From Terriglobia bacterium (lineage in GTDB: Bacteria; Acidobacteriota; Terriglobia; 2-12-FULL-54-10), in the NCBI GenBank assembly GCA_963666975.2, contig CAXVYR010000004.1:64001-128000 (forward strand): a stretch of 64,000 nt of DNA, given 5' to 3'. The notes beneath the pieces are model-generated. The model worked only from the letters and a program-made list of their open reading frames with translations, was not told the origin of the DNA and made no database searches. This document shows positions 1 through 9,834 of this stretch, in pieces. Within the stretch, counting starts at the first letter, position 1, and each line of letters opens with the position of its first letter. The position numbers and the translations under genes are program-made.

Positions 1-1282
1 TGTGCGCTTTGGCTTCCGCTGCCAGCTCCTGCAGAAGCTCCTGTCCCTGGTGTTCCTCCTCGGTCTCAAAGAGAATTTCAATGTCAGCCAAATCAGAAAC
101 CATAGCGCTGCTTCTCCAGGAGCGGCGCAGGTCCAGCACCGTAGCGCGCTTGCGCCGCAGGACATCCATAATATAGGCCAGTTGTCCCGGCTCGTCTTTG
201 ACGCGCACCGACAGCGCCCGCGCGCGGCGCTTGTCAGCCAGGCTGCGCTCCAGCACGCGCTGCAAGGTGAGGCTGTCGATGTTCCCTCCGGTTACCAGCG
301 CCACGACCCGCGCCCCCGGCTCTACGCCGGCCTCCCGCATCTGCCGCCGGACGGCAGGGTCGAGCAGCGCGGAGACCGCCAGGGCCCCGGCGCCTTCGGC
401 CACCAGCTTGGCTTGCTCCACCAGAAAAAGAATGCCCTGGTAAATCTGGGCGTCAGAGATGCTGACCGAGGCGTCCACCAGGTCCCGCGTGATCTGCCAG
501 CAGAGCAGCCCCGGCTGGCGGACGCGGACGCCGTCGGCCACGGTCTCCTGCGTGGGGACGTCCAAAGGCAACGGCTCGGAGGCTCCGTCCCGGAGGGCTT
601 TCCAGCTTTGGACGTAGGCCGGCGCGCAGGCGCTCTGCACGGCGATGATCTTGATTTGCGGCAGGCGTTGTTTCAGCACGCTGGCAACCCCCGCCAGCAA
701 GCCGCCTCCTCCCACCGGCACCAGAACCGCGTCCGGGGGGTGGTCGGTCATCTCCTCCAGCAGTTCCCAGGCGAGCGTGCCCTGGCCGGTGATGACCTCC
801 ATGTCGTCAAAAGGCGAGATGAATTCGCGGCCCTGTTCCGGGGCGTACTGGAGGGCGAAGGCCAGGGCGTCGTCAAAGCAGCTTCCCTCCAGGATCAGCC
901 GCGCGCCGTAGCGTTCCGTGGCGCGGCGCTTGGGCAGCGGAGCACGCTCCGGCATCACGATTACGCAGTCCATGCCCAGTTGCCGGGAGGCGTAAGCCAC
1001 GCCTTGGGAATGATTACCGGCGCTGGCGGCCACCACCCGGCGGGTCCGTCCTTCTTCCTGCAGGCAATGGAGCTTGTGGTAGGCTCCGCGGATTTTGTAA
1101 GCGCCCGTGCGTTGCAGGTTCTCCGGCTTCAGCCAAACACGGTAGCCGCTCAACTCTTCCAGCGCCGGTGAGCGTACCAGAGGCGTAGGCCACAGCGCGG
1201 GCCGGAGTATCTTCCATGCTTCGGCTACTTTCTCGAGCGGCACGCTCTGTTTGGACGACACGGTACTGGAAGGGCTTTCCAT
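1..1282 (-). CDS. ilvA: Threonine ammonia-lyase (PLP) with C-terminal ACT-like domain; 3' end runs off the window
   Basis: Manual translation of the minus strand (absent from the ORF track): ATG at 1282, MESPSSTV...PTPLVRS...KPENLQRTGAYKIRGA...ASAGNHSQGVA...PVGGGGL...TGGNID. Confidence 0.85.
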   Translation of the reverse strand, partial: MESPSSTVSSKQSVPLEKVAEAWKILRPALWPTPLVRSPALEELSGYRVWLKPENLQRTGAYKIRGAYHKLHCLQEEGRTRRVVAASAGNHSQGVAYASRQLGMDCVIVMPERAPLPKRRATERYGARLILEGSCFDDALAFALQYAPEQGREFISPFDDMEVITGQGTLAWELLEEMTDHPPDAVLVPVGGGGLLAGVASVLKQRLPQIKIIAVQSACAPAYVQSWKALRDGASEPLPLDVPTQETVADGVRVRQPGLLCWQITRDLVDASVSISDAQIYQGILFLVEQAKLVAEGAGALAVSALLDPAVRRQMREAGVEPGARVVALVTGGNIDSLTLQRVLERSLADKRRARALSVRVKDEPGQLAYIMDVLRRKRATVLDLRRSWRSSAMVSDLADIEILFETEEEHQGQELLQELAAEAKAH

Positions 1283-1384
1283 TTCCCCATACGCTCACTC
1301 AAGTTCCCAGATGCAACCCAGATGTAACCTGGTCAGCCTCGGCCCGGTCCCCTGAAACCGGGCTAACTGTTGCAAACTGGCTTG

Positions 1385-1564
1385 TTAGAAGTGTCTCACG
1401 AGTGCCGCCCGGAAGGGTAGGGGTTTCTTGCCGGCATCGCTGCCGTGGGCCTTACGGCTCACTGTGCGGGAGCCTTTCCGCTTGCGAGGCTGCGAACTAC
1501 CGTATACAATTCGGCCTTCCATAATCCGCCATCTGTTATCCGGCGCTCGTCGCTCAGCTAACAT
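1385..1564 (-). CDS. Possible small basic protein (59 aa)
   Basis: GGAG about 5 nt upstream of ATG 1564; MLAERRAPDNRW...LVRHF; no recognisable motif. Confidence 0.25.
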   Translation of the reverse strand: MLAERRAPDNRWRIMEGRIVYGSSQPRKRKGSRTVSRKAHGSDAGKKPLPFRAALVRHF

Positions 1565-1675
1565 GTTATCTCCAAGACTTAAAGAGGAAGTCCGGCGGTG
1601 CGAGTAGCTGCGCAAGACCGATTCCGCAAAGCTGATTCCGCATAACTGATTCTACGGTGCAGTGAACTGATTCCC

Positions 1676-2443
1676 ATGACTCGTGAGCAAATAGAAGACA
1701 CCATCGCGCGGCTCGGTTCCTGGTTCTATCCGTTTGACTTCGGCGACGGCCTGCGGACCACCTCCGCCATCCCGCAGGCGGTGACGGCGATCTTCGAGAC
1801 GCGCTTGCAGATGGTGAACGGGGTGATCGACAGCCATTTCGGATCGAGGTTGCCGGGAGTGTCCTGTATCGATATCGGCTGCCACGAGGGCTTCTACGCG
1901 ATAGCGATGGCCAAGAAGGGGATCGGGCGGGTAGTCGGACTCGACATGAGGGAGAACAATCTGCAGAAGGCGCGGTTCGTGGCCGAGACGCTCGGGTTCC
2001 CTCAAATCTCCTTCCGGCAAGGCAATTGCGAGCGGCTGCCGGTGGAAGAGACCGGCCAATATGACCTGACCCTTTTTCTGGGCGTGCTTTACCACCTGGA
2101 GAACCCGATGCTCTGCCTGCGGAACGTCAGCGCCATCACCAAGGAGCTTTGCATTGTCGAGACGCAGGTGATCGACGAGGTGGAGGGAGAGACCGAATGG
2201 GGAGCGAGGGAGTGGACGCGGCCCTACCAGGGAGCGCTCGCGGCGGTCGATGAGTCCGGCGAGTTCTACGCCGACAACGCCGAGACGGGCGGCACCCCGC
2301 TGGCCCTGTGTCCCTCGCCGAAGGCGCTCGAGTTTATGCTGAAGCAGGCGGGTTTCCGGAGGACCGAGATTGTGCCGCCTCCGCCCGGAGCCTACGAACA
2401 GCACCAGCGCGGCAAGCGCGTCGTCTGCGCCGCGTATAAGTGA
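1676..2443 (+). CDS. Class I SAM-dependent methyltransferase (CmoB/DUF1698-like)
   Basis: CIDIGCHEGFYA SAM motif I; YDLTLFLGVLYHLENP. Confidence 0.8.
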   Translation: MTREQIEDTIARLGSWFYPFDFGDGLRTTSAIPQAVTAIFETRLQMVNGVIDSHFGSRLPGVSCIDIGCHEGFYAIAMAKKGIGRVVGLDMRENNLQKARFVAETLGFPQISFRQGNCERLPVEETGQYDLTLFLGVLYHLENPMLCLRNVSAITKELCIVETQVIDEVEGETEWGAREWTRPYQGALAAVDESGEFYADNAETGGTPLALCPSPKALEFMLKQAGFRRTEIVPPPPGAYEQHQRGKRVVCAAYK

Positions 2444-2510
2444 ACCGGCTCACTGGCAGCCACAAGGCGCTTGCAGGTAAGGGCAGAAAGTTTAGGCAAC
2501 CGCTAAATAC

Positions 2511-2536
2511 CCGCTTGCTTACGCGCGCGGGCTCGG
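2511..2536. repeat. REP-like palindrome, solo copy
   Basis: CCGCTTGCTTACGCGCGCGGGCTCGG matches the hairpin inside the MITE at 42772-42796. Confidence 0.7.
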
Positions 2537-2602
2537 ATTGGCTGTGCGAACCCAAGGAAAATGGGAAGGGCCAGTTTGCAGCGGATCCGGCGAGAAAGAG
2601 TC

Positions 2603-2938
2603 CTAAAAAATCCCGGCGTCCAGCAACTGGTAGATCATTCCTTCCAGGTCCTTGTCCACCTTGCCGGTCAGCGGCGTGACGGTCTCCCCCTGTTTCAGGT
2701 GTTTCTCCACGATTTCGTCGGCGTCTTTTTCCTGGACGCCGCCGTACCACACCTTGTCCGGGTAGACCACCACATTGGGGCCTTCGTGGCAGCCGCCGAA
2801 GCACATGTAGGAGCGCAACTCCACGTCGCCGCAGCCGTCCTCTTGGAGGTGATGCTGGAGCCGGTCCATCACTTTTCCGGCCCCGCGAGCCCGGCAATCG
2901 ACGTTCATGCAGACGAAGACATATCTCTTGTCAGCCAA
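2603..2938 (-). CDS. Thioredoxin-like [2Fe-2S] ferredoxin
   Basis: VFVCxxxxC ... CFGGCHEGPNVVVYP..WY. Confidence 0.85.
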   Translation of the reverse strand: MADKRYVFVCMNVDCRARGAGKVMDRLQHHLQEDGCGDVELRSYMCFGGCHEGPNVVVYPDKVWYGGVQEKDADEIVEKHLKQGETVTPLTGKVDKDLEGMIYQLLDAGIF

Positions 2939-2958
2939 AAACTACCTCTGCTGGAAAC

Positions 2959-4083
2959 CTACATTTTCTGTTTGGGGTCTATGATCCAGCCTTTTTCCTT
3001 CTCCATGCCGATCAAGAACTCGTCGTCGGCGTCGGTCGGAAGAATTTCAAGCAGGTGCTTATCATACTGTTCCTGCGAGAGCAACTCGCCGGTCACGCTG
3101 TAGGTCTTGCCGGCGTACTCCCCAATGCTTCTGTGAAACTTCTCGTCGGGCATCCGCAGCTTCGGCTGGCCTTCGGGGACGTTCTTGTTGAGCGAGTCCA
3201 CGATAGCGCCCACTTCTTTCAAGTACTGGGAGCGGGACAGCTCGTTCAGCTTGCCCATATCGGGCGCACCGTCAAACAGATGCTCGTCGTAGCGGCCTTT
3301 TAATCCCCACTCGTAGGCCCAGTGCGCCGAAGAGGAGCCGTCCTGGCCGAACAGGTCGGCGCCGGTCGAGAGCCACTTGTCGAAGTACTTCTGAATAAGG
3401 GACATGGGAATCTTTCCGGCTTTCACGATGCGCATCAGGCCCGTATTGCCGGTCAGCAGGTGGAAGGCTTCCTCCTGCAGCATGGGCCGCATGCTGCGCG
3501 CCAGCGGCGCAAAGGCGCTGCGGCTGAGCATGTTGAGCTGGTACTTGCCGTCGCGGTCAATAAAATCCGTGTAGGTGAAAAAATCCAGCCAGCAACGGAC
3601 CGGCTCATTGAAAGCGCCGAGCAGGCGCGAGTGGGTCGAAGCCCGCCGCTCCAGCAGCCTCTCGGCCTGCTTTTTGCCCGAGTCCCCAAAGTGGGTCACC
3701 AGCACGTAGGCCATCTGCCATCCGTGCCGCATCTCCTCCCGGTTGACCCGGATCACGCTTTCCAGGTCATACTGGGTCGGGGCCCTTTCGAGCAGGTTCT
3801 TTTGCTGCTCGACGGAGGCAAACTCGGTGTCTCCCTGAAACTCGATCAGGTGCGCCAGGGCGTCGCGAATCCGCTGGTCCGGGACGTCGAGCAACTTCTC
3901 CCATTTCGGCTTGCCGGCAAAGTGCCCGAACTCAATTTCGTCGCTCTCCAGCTCTCCCAGCTTCGTCTCAAATTTGTAATCCTCTCCAATCAGCTTGGTC
4001 GGATAACCGATGTCGTCGCGCCACTGGTGAAAAACATCCACCCAGTCATCAAAGTTGCGCAGCTTGGATCCCTTAACTGCCAT
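2959..4083 (-). CDS. boxB: BoxB-like benzoyl-CoA 2,3-epoxidase (di-iron, PaaA/BoxB family), short form
   Basis: QGDTEFASVEQQ, EEMRHGWQM, DRDGKYQL, EEAFH di-iron motifs; GAGGAG RBS before ATG 4083. Confidence 0.8.
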   Translation of the reverse strand: MAVKGSKLRNFDDWVDVFHQWRDDIGYPTKLIGEDYKFETKLGELESDEIEFGHFAGKPKWEKLLDVPDQRIRDALAHLIEFQGDTEFASVEQQKNLLERAPTQYDLESVIRVNREEMRHGWQMAYVLVTHFGDSGKKQAERLLERRASTHSRLLGAFNEPVRCWLDFFTYTDFIDRDGKYQLNMLSRSAFAPLARSMRPMLQEEAFHLLTGNTGLMRIVKAGKIPMSLIQKYFDKWLSTGADLFGQDGSSSAHWAYEWGLKGRYDEHLFDGAPDMGKLNELSRSQYLKEVGAIVDSLNKNVPEGQPKLRMPDEKFHRSIGEYAGKTYSVTGELLSQEQYDKHLLEILPTDADDEFLIGMEKEKGWIIDPKQKM

Positions 4084-4209
4084 TGCCTTACTCCTCACCC
4101 GGGCTGTACCCGGCGTCTTTATTGGGATAGCCGATCTTTATCGCTCGCTTAAAATTCGCTTCTCTCCGGCTGGAACCCTCTTGTATTGCCTGCCAGCCGA
4201 CCGCCATGT

Positions 4210-4256
4210 TGCATTTTATTGCTCTGTACTTTTTATTGCAACTGAAATATAATGCA
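4210..4256. promoter_or_regulatory. Putative BoxR/BzdR operator array (TGCA-N6-TGCA-like boxes)
   Basis: TGCAttttatTGCT (4210-4223), ttttatTGCA (ending 4240) and TGAAatataaTGCA (4243-4256) between divergent boxB and boxR. Confidence 0.6.
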
Positions 4257-5149
4257 TGACAGGAGGCCTCGTGGACGAGCACGAAAAGGACGGGTTTCTG
4301 GAAGCCATGGGCCGGCGAATCCGCAGCTTGCGGATGATGACTGGCAGGAACATCCAGGAACTGGCTCAACTTTCCGCCATCTCGCCGAGGTTCTTGTCGG
4401 AGATTGAGGCCGGACGGGGCAACGTTTCCATTGCCCGGCTGGCGCAAATTGCCGGTGCGCTGGAACAACCCCTGGCAAACCTGATTCCGGCGGCAACCGA
4501 CGACACTTCCCTGCGCGGAAGGGTGGTGAAGCTGCTCGACAACTGCTCGCCGGAAAAGTTGGAGGAGTTGTCCGCATGGCTTTCCGAGCGCACCCGTGAG
4601 CCGGCACCTCGCAGCATTGCTCTGGTGGGAGTCCGGGGAGCGGGCAAGTCCACCATCGGCAAGCTGCTGGCTTCCCGGTTAGGCGTTCCCTTCATTGAAT
4701 TCGGCGCGATGATCGAGAAGACGGCCGGAATTTCCCTGGTGGAGCTTTTCGAGCTTCATGGCGAAAACTACTACCGGAAGCTGGAAAAAGAGGTCTTGTC
4801 AAAGTTCCTGGCTCACTCCTCCCGTGTGGTGCTGGCGACCGGCGGTTCTCTGGTGACGGACCGCGAGACCTGGGCGATGGTCAAACGGCAATGCCACACC
4901 ATATGGCTGAAGGCCAAGGCCAAGGATCACTGGAACCGCGTGGTGGCTCAGGGCGACATGCGTCCGATGGTGAACAACCCTTCGGCCATGGATGAGTTGC
5001 GGGCGTTGCTGCGGTCGCGAGAACCTCTGTATGCAGAAGCCGAACTGGTGATCGACACCTCCAGGCATTCTGTTAAAGATAGCGTAGCGCTGATTGCGAA
5101 GCAGCTCCGCAACGAGAAAAGCTCTGACGCCGGGAGCGCCGGCAATTAA
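4256..5149 (+). CDS. boxR: BoxR/BzdR-type regulator (XRE HTH plus shikimate-kinase-like domain)
   Basis: N-terminal HTH (LAQLSAISPRFLSEIEAGRGNVS), GVRGAGKST P-loop, RVVAQGDMRPM. Confidence 0.85.
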   Translation: MTGGLVDEHEKDGFLEAMGRRIRSLRMMTGRNIQELAQLSAISPRFLSEIEAGRGNVSIARLAQIAGALEQPLANLIPAATDDTSLRGRVVKLLDNCSPEKLEELSAWLSERTREPAPRSIALVGVRGAGKSTIGKLLASRLGVPFIEFGAMIEKTAGISLVELFELHGENYYRKLEKEVLSKFLAHSSRVVLATGGSLVTDRETWAMVKRQCHTIWLKAKAKDHWNRVVAQGDMRPMVNNPSAMDELRALLRSREPLYAEAELVIDTSRHSVKDSVALIAKQLRNEKSSDAGSAGN

Positions 5150-5165
5150 CGCCGGCGTGGCCGGT

Positions 5166-6011
5166 TTATTGTTGCGGAAAGCGGGAGGCATCGGGAGAAT
5201 TTCCAGCTTCGAGCGCATATTTTCCCCGCCAATTGTTCCATCGAATCCTCAGGAGGTCCAGAAACATCCGCACGCTGTCCCGCAGCATGTGCACCGTGCT
5301 GCCCTCGCTATGCGCCCAGTGGACGGGAACCTCCAGAACGCGATACCCGTATTTCCGCGCCAGGTAGAGAACCTCTACGTCAAACCCGAAGCCGGAAATC
5401 CGCTGGCGGGCAAAGATGGTCTCGGCTGCCTGGCGGCGGAAGGCCTTGAAGCCGCACTGCGTATCCCGGAAATCGAGCCGGGCGATGCCGCGTGTCCAAA
5501 GGTTGAACAGCCTTCCGGCAGCTTCCCGAAAGCGGGACTGGCGCAGAGTGATCCACTCCGGCCGCAGCCCGCGAGAACCAAAGGCAACGTCATAACCATT
5601 CTTCAAGGGCTCCAGAAGCCGTTCCGCATCCGCGATGGGAGCAGAAAGGTCGGCATCGGTGAACAAAAGGTATTCCCCGCGCGCGTTCAGCATGCCGTTG
5701 CGCACGGCAGCTCCCTTCCCGCATTGGGCGGGATGGCGCAGCAGCCGCACCTCCGGCGCTTCCCGGCATATCCGCTGCACCATGTCGGCCGTATCGTCGG
5801 TGGAGCCATCATCCACCACCACCACCTCGAAAGGTTCCTCGCGCGACTGCAAAAGACTGAGCACTGCTTGCAGAGTGGAAGGAAGGCGGGCGGATTCGTT
5901 GTGAGCCGGGATCACCACGCTGAGAACAACCGCCGCAGAGCGTCCCGGCTCGCTGCCGGATCTGGCTGCCGCCGCTTCTGGCCGCGCCTCGTGATTTAAG
6001 CGTTCTCCCAT
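5166..6011 (-). CDS. GT2 glycosyltransferase (dolichyl-phosphate glucosyltransferase-like)
   Basis: VVIPAHNE, VVDDGSTD, FTDADLS, DTQCGFK, FGFDVE. Confidence 0.9.
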   Translation of the reverse strand: MGERLNHEARPEAAAARSGSEPGRSAAVVLSVVIPAHNESARLPSTLQAVLSLLQSREEPFEVVVVDDGSTDDTADMVQRICREAPEVRLLRHPAQCGKGAAVRNGMLNARGEYLLFTDADLSAPIADAERLLEPLKNGYDVAFGSRGLRPEWITLRQSRFREAAGRLFNLWTRGIARLDFRDTQCGFKAFRRQAAETIFARQRISGFGFDVEVLYLARKYGYRVLEVPVHWAHSEGSTVHMLRDSVRMFLDLLRIRWNNWRGKYALEAGNSPDASRFPQQ

Positions 6012-6718
6012 CCGTGCCTTCCTGTTAATGGAACGAAGCGGCAGTGGCCCAAAACCCTGGACACCGGCTTCCCCTGGCATTTGCGGACCTGCCGGAACTC
6101 CTGTTGATCGAGGCCCCCCACGGGAATCACCAGGCGGCCGCCTTCGGCCAGTTGTTCCAGAAAGCAGTCGGGAACCTCCGGCGCAGCGGCGGCCACCAGG
6201 ATTCCATCGTAGGGCGCCGCCGGAGGATATCCCTCGCTGCCGTCGCCATGAAGTAAGACAACCTCATCCTTACCCATACCCAGGCGGGCAAGGCGCTCCA
6301 CGGCCGATTGGAACAGCGCCGGGTCGCGCTCAATGGTATAAACGCGGGCTGCCAAACGGGCGAGGATCGCTGCCTGATACCCGGAGCCGGTTCCGACCTC
6401 CAGCACCCGCTCGGCTCCGGTCAACTCCAGGGCCTCCGTCATGGCTGCCACCATGTAAGGCTGCGAGATGGTCTGCCCCTGGCCGATGGAGATGGGATGA
6501 TCCTCGTAGGCTTGCTGGCTGTGCTCGGGCGGCACGTACTCGTGCCGTGGAATCTCGCCCATCGCCTGCAACACCCGTTCATCGCGAATTTTCCGGCGGC
6601 GGAGTTGCTGGGCGACCATCGCCTGGCGTTGCTCCGCCGCCCACTCCAGCGTAGGAGCAAAGCTGGCCGCCTTGACTCCATTGCCCTTCGCTGGCCGGCT
6701 GGAGGAGAAAAACTTCAT
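5996..6718 (-). CDS. pcm: Protein-L-isoaspartate O-methyltransferase
   Basis: IGQGQTISQPY, VLEVGTGSGYQAA, GDGSEG, APYDGI. Confidence 0.93.
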   Translation of the reverse strand: MKFFSSSRPAKGNGVKAASFAPTLEWAAEQRQAMVAQQLRRRKIRDERVLQAMGEIPRHEYVPPEHSQQAYEDHPISIGQGQTISQPYMVAAMTEALELTGAERVLEVGTGSGYQAAILARLAARVYTIERDPALFQSAVERLARLGMGKDEVVLLHGDGSEGYPPAAPYDGILVAAAAPEVPDCFLEQLAEGGRLVIPVGGLDQQEFRQVRKCQGKPVSRVLGHCRFVPLTGRHGWENA

Positions 6719-6890
6719 CGTTGAAAAGTTTACTCCAAACGGGGAAAGTTTACTCCAAACAGGCGGTCTGATCACGGAAGCACGGGAAGGGATCAGAAGA
6801 CGGAAGCCGGAGTTCCTCACTCACAGCATTCGGCAATTGCGGAAAACTGCCGCCTGATTCCGAGATGCCGAATTCCGTTATAATGGTTCT

Positions 6891-7928
6891 GTGGCATCAA
6901 AGAACATGGCATCAGAGAACCTAGAAAGATATTCCCGGCAGGTCTTGTATCGTGGCATTGGAGAGGCGGGTCAGCGGAAGCTGCTGGCCTCGCGGGTTGC
7001 GATCGTAGGATGCGGGGCGCTCGGCAGCCATCAGGCCGCCCTGCTGGTCCGCGCCGGCGTGGGCGAGATGATCCTCATCGACCGCGACTACGTGGAGGAG
7101 AACAACCTGCAACGGCAGACGCTTTTCGAAGAACGCGACGCTTCCGAATGTCTCCCCAAGGCGGTGGCCGCGGAAACTCACCTGAAACGAGCCAACTCCA
7201 GCGTCAAGGTGCAAGGCGTCGTGGCCGACCTGACGGCGGAGAACGCAGCCGAACTCTTGCAAGAGATCGACGTACTGCTCGACGGCACCGACAATTTTGA
7301 GACGCGCTATTTGCTGAACGACCTCAGCCTGCAAAACGGCGTGCCCTGGGTTTACGGCGCGGCGGTCGGCAGCTACGGCGTGACGCTGACCATCGTTCCG
7401 GGCAGCGGCCCGTGCCTCGCCTGCCTTTTTCCGGAGCCGCCCTCCGGCATGCATGCCACATGTGACACCGACGGTATCCTCGGCTCCGCCGCCTCGGCGG
7501 TGGCCTCCATACAGGTGGCCGAGGCGATCAAGCTCATGGTCGGCGACCGTGCCGCCCTGCACGGCAAGCTGATTTCGCTCGACGTGTGGGAAAACAGCTT
7601 CCATGCCGTTGACCCCGGCCCGCCCGCGGAGGGTTGCCGTGCATGCCAGCGGAAGGACTTCGCCTACCTCGCCGGGGGCGGCTCGCCCCACATCACGCTA
7701 TGCGGCCGCAACTCTGTGCAGATCCATGAACGCAAGCGGCCCGTGGACTTTGCGGAGCTTGAAAGGAAACTGAAGCCGCACGGCGCGGTCCGTTTCAATC
7801 CCTATGTGTTTCAATTTTCGCTGGCTCCTTATGAGATGACGATCTTCCCCGACGGCCGTGCGATAATCAAAGGGACCACCGACACGGGAATGGCGCGCAG
7901 CCTTTATGCCCGCTATATCGGCAGTTGA
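6891..7928 (+). CDS. ThiF/MoeB family adenylyltransferase
   Basis: RYSRQ, VGCGALG, DRDYVE..NLQRQ, CLAC and CRAC Zn sites. Confidence 0.9.
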   Translation: MASKNMASENLERYSRQVLYRGIGEAGQRKLLASRVAIVGCGALGSHQAALLVRAGVGEMILIDRDYVEENNLQRQTLFEERDASECLPKAVAAETHLKRANSSVKVQGVVADLTAENAAELLQEIDVLLDGTDNFETRYLLNDLSLQNGVPWVYGAAVGSYGVTLTIVPGSGPCLACLFPEPPSGMHATCDTDGILGSAASAVASIQVAEAIKLMVGDRAALHGKLISLDVWENSFHAVDPGPPAEGCRACQRKDFAYLAGGGSPHITLCGRNSVQIHERKRPVDFAELERKLKPHGAVRFNPYVFQFSLAPYEMTIFPDGRAIIKGTTDTGMARSLYARYIGS

Positions 7929-8000
7929 GCAAGCTCTCTGGGGCGGGCGCGCTCGCGCTATACATGCCGGCGGCAGCCCTCGGTATATCGGTGCTTGAAC

Positions 8001-8885
8001 ATGTTAGTCACCTTGCACAAAAAACGGCCCGACTGGCTCCGGACCAAGTTTCCCGGCGGCCCCAACTATCACGAGTTAAAGGTTCTCAAGAACCGCCTGC
8101 GCCTCCACACGGTCTGCGAGAGCGCGCGTTGCCCCAACATCGGCGAATGCTGGGAGCAACGCACCGCCACGTTTATGATCCTGGGGGACGTCTGCACGCG
8201 GCGTTGCGGCTTCTGCGCGGTGCCGAAAGGCGCTCCGCTGCCGGTGGACGACCAAGAGCCGGAGCGTGTAGCGCAGGCGGTGGACCATCTCGGCTTGGAG
8301 TACGCCGTGGTGACCTCGGTCAACCGCGACGACCGCAAAGACGGCGGCGCCGAATTTTTTGCCCGAACCATCCTGGCGATTCGCCGCCTCCGGCCCGAGT
8401 GCAAAGTAGAGGTGCTGATCCCGGACTTCCAGGGCTCACGCCATGCGCTTGAGACGGTGCTTGCGGCCCGTCCCGATGTGCTCAGCCATAATATGGAGAC
8501 TGTTCCTCGACTCTACCGGCATGTGCGCCCGGGAGCGCGCTATGAGCAATCGCTCAACTTACTCCGCAGCGTGGGGGAGATCAACCCGCGCATCACCGCC
8601 AAGTCCGGAATGATGCTGGGCCTGGGAGAAGAGCCGCGCGAAGTTCTGGCCGCCATGCGCGACCTCCGCGACCACGACTGCCGCATACTCACCCTGGGCC
8701 AATACCTGCGGCCTACGGTCCATCACCTGCCCATCGCCCGCTACTATCCTCCCGAGGAGTTTGCGGAGTTGAAACGCGAAGGGGAACGGATGGGCTTCCG
8801 TCATGTGGAGGCAGGACCGCTGGTCCGCAGCTCCTATCACGCCCGCAACCAACTGGACGCCGCAGGCGGAACGCTGCCGGCCTAG
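8001..8885 (+). CDS. lipA: Lipoyl synthase
   Basis: CESARCPNIGEC, CTRRCGFC, RSSYHA. Confidence 0.95.
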   Translation: MLVTLHKKRPDWLRTKFPGGPNYHELKVLKNRLRLHTVCESARCPNIGECWEQRTATFMILGDVCTRRCGFCAVPKGAPLPVDDQEPERVAQAVDHLGLEYAVVTSVNRDDRKDGGAEFFARTILAIRRLRPECKVEVLIPDFQGSRHALETVLAARPDVLSHNMETVPRLYRHVRPGARYEQSLNLLRSVGEINPRITAKSGMMLGLGEEPREVLAAMRDLRDHDCRILTLGQYLRPTVHHLPIARYYPPEEFAELKREGERMGFRHVEAGPLVRSSYHARNQLDAAGGTLPA

Positions 8886-9065
8886 AAGTGCAGGCCGGAA
8901 GTATAAACCGGATCACCACGCGGCCTTCCGACAGCCTTGCCGCGCCACAGGCGGGATGCTCATTTCCTCTTGGACTTCGCTCTGCTTTACAGTCATAAGG
9001 GCTTGCTGTACTATCGGGCGTTATCCTGCCAGCGCTGGCCCCCGTTGGAGTTGGCCACAGTAATC

Positions 9066-9746
9066 ATGTCCAGGACGGAAAGCCAGCATCGCCGCCAGAT
9101 CGCCGAGGTTGGCAGGTGGCTATACCAGAAGGGCTTCGTAGCCGCTACGGACGGCAACATCTCGGCGCGCTTGCAGGACGGGCGGGTCCTGGTAACCCCG
9201 GCGAACACCAGCAAGGGGATGCTCCGTCCCCAGGACATGCATCTGGTCGATATGCAAGGGAACATGCTTGCAGGCCGGGGGAAGGTTTCCTCCGAGCTGC
9301 CCATGCACCTGCTGATCTACCACCGGCGTCCCGATGTCGGCGGGATCGTCCACGCCCATCCGCCTGCGGCCACCGGCTACGCCGTGGCGGGAATCGCACT
9401 GGACAAGGCCGTTCTTCCAGAGGTGGTGGTCTCGCTGGGGCGCGTGCCCCTGGCACGGTACGCAACACCCGGCAGCCCGGCGCTCAACAAAGCGCTGCGG
9501 AATTTGATTTCCCAATACGACGCCATCCTCCTGGCCAACCACGGCGTGGTCACCTTCGGGGAGGACTTGCTCCGGGCGTTCTTCCACATGGAGACCGTGG
9601 AGCAGTTTGCCCGCATCTCGCTGGTTGCGAAATTGTTGGGAAGGCAGGCGCTGCTCTCCGAACAGGAGGCGGAAAAACTGCGGGCCCTCCGGCCTCTGCG
9701 CAAGGAAAGCCGGAAGCGTCCGCAAAGCCGGGATAAGAAGTCCTGA
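9066..9746 (+). CDS. Class II aldolase/adducin family (FucA-like)
   Basis: GNISAR, SSELPMH, HAHP, LANHG. Confidence 0.88.
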   Translation: MSRTESQHRRQIAEVGRWLYQKGFVAATDGNISARLQDGRVLVTPANTSKGMLRPQDMHLVDMQGNMLAGRGKVSSELPMHLLIYHRRPDVGGIVHAHPPAATGYAVAGIALDKAVLPEVVVSLGRVPLARYATPGSPALNKALRNLISQYDAILLANHGVVTFGEDLLRAFFHMETVEQFARISLVAKLLGRQALLSEQEAEKLRALRPLRKESRKRPQSRDKKS

Positions 9747-9834
9747 AAAGCAAAGTTCTGAAAAGCAATGAGGAGAAACTCCACTGCGTTCGAGCGGCGG
9801 AATCAGAATTCAGAGAGGATGTTATAACTAAGAT

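Noticed and set aside
2-1171. 389-aa plus-strand ORF, and many similar long antisense ORFs across the window
   Set aside because: Shadow frames of real genes on the opposite strand in GC-rich DNA; here the real gene is ilvA
6725-6760. Transcription-factor direct-repeat operator between pcm and moeB
   Set aside because: Cannot be distinguished from the many unrelated micro-duplications in this window
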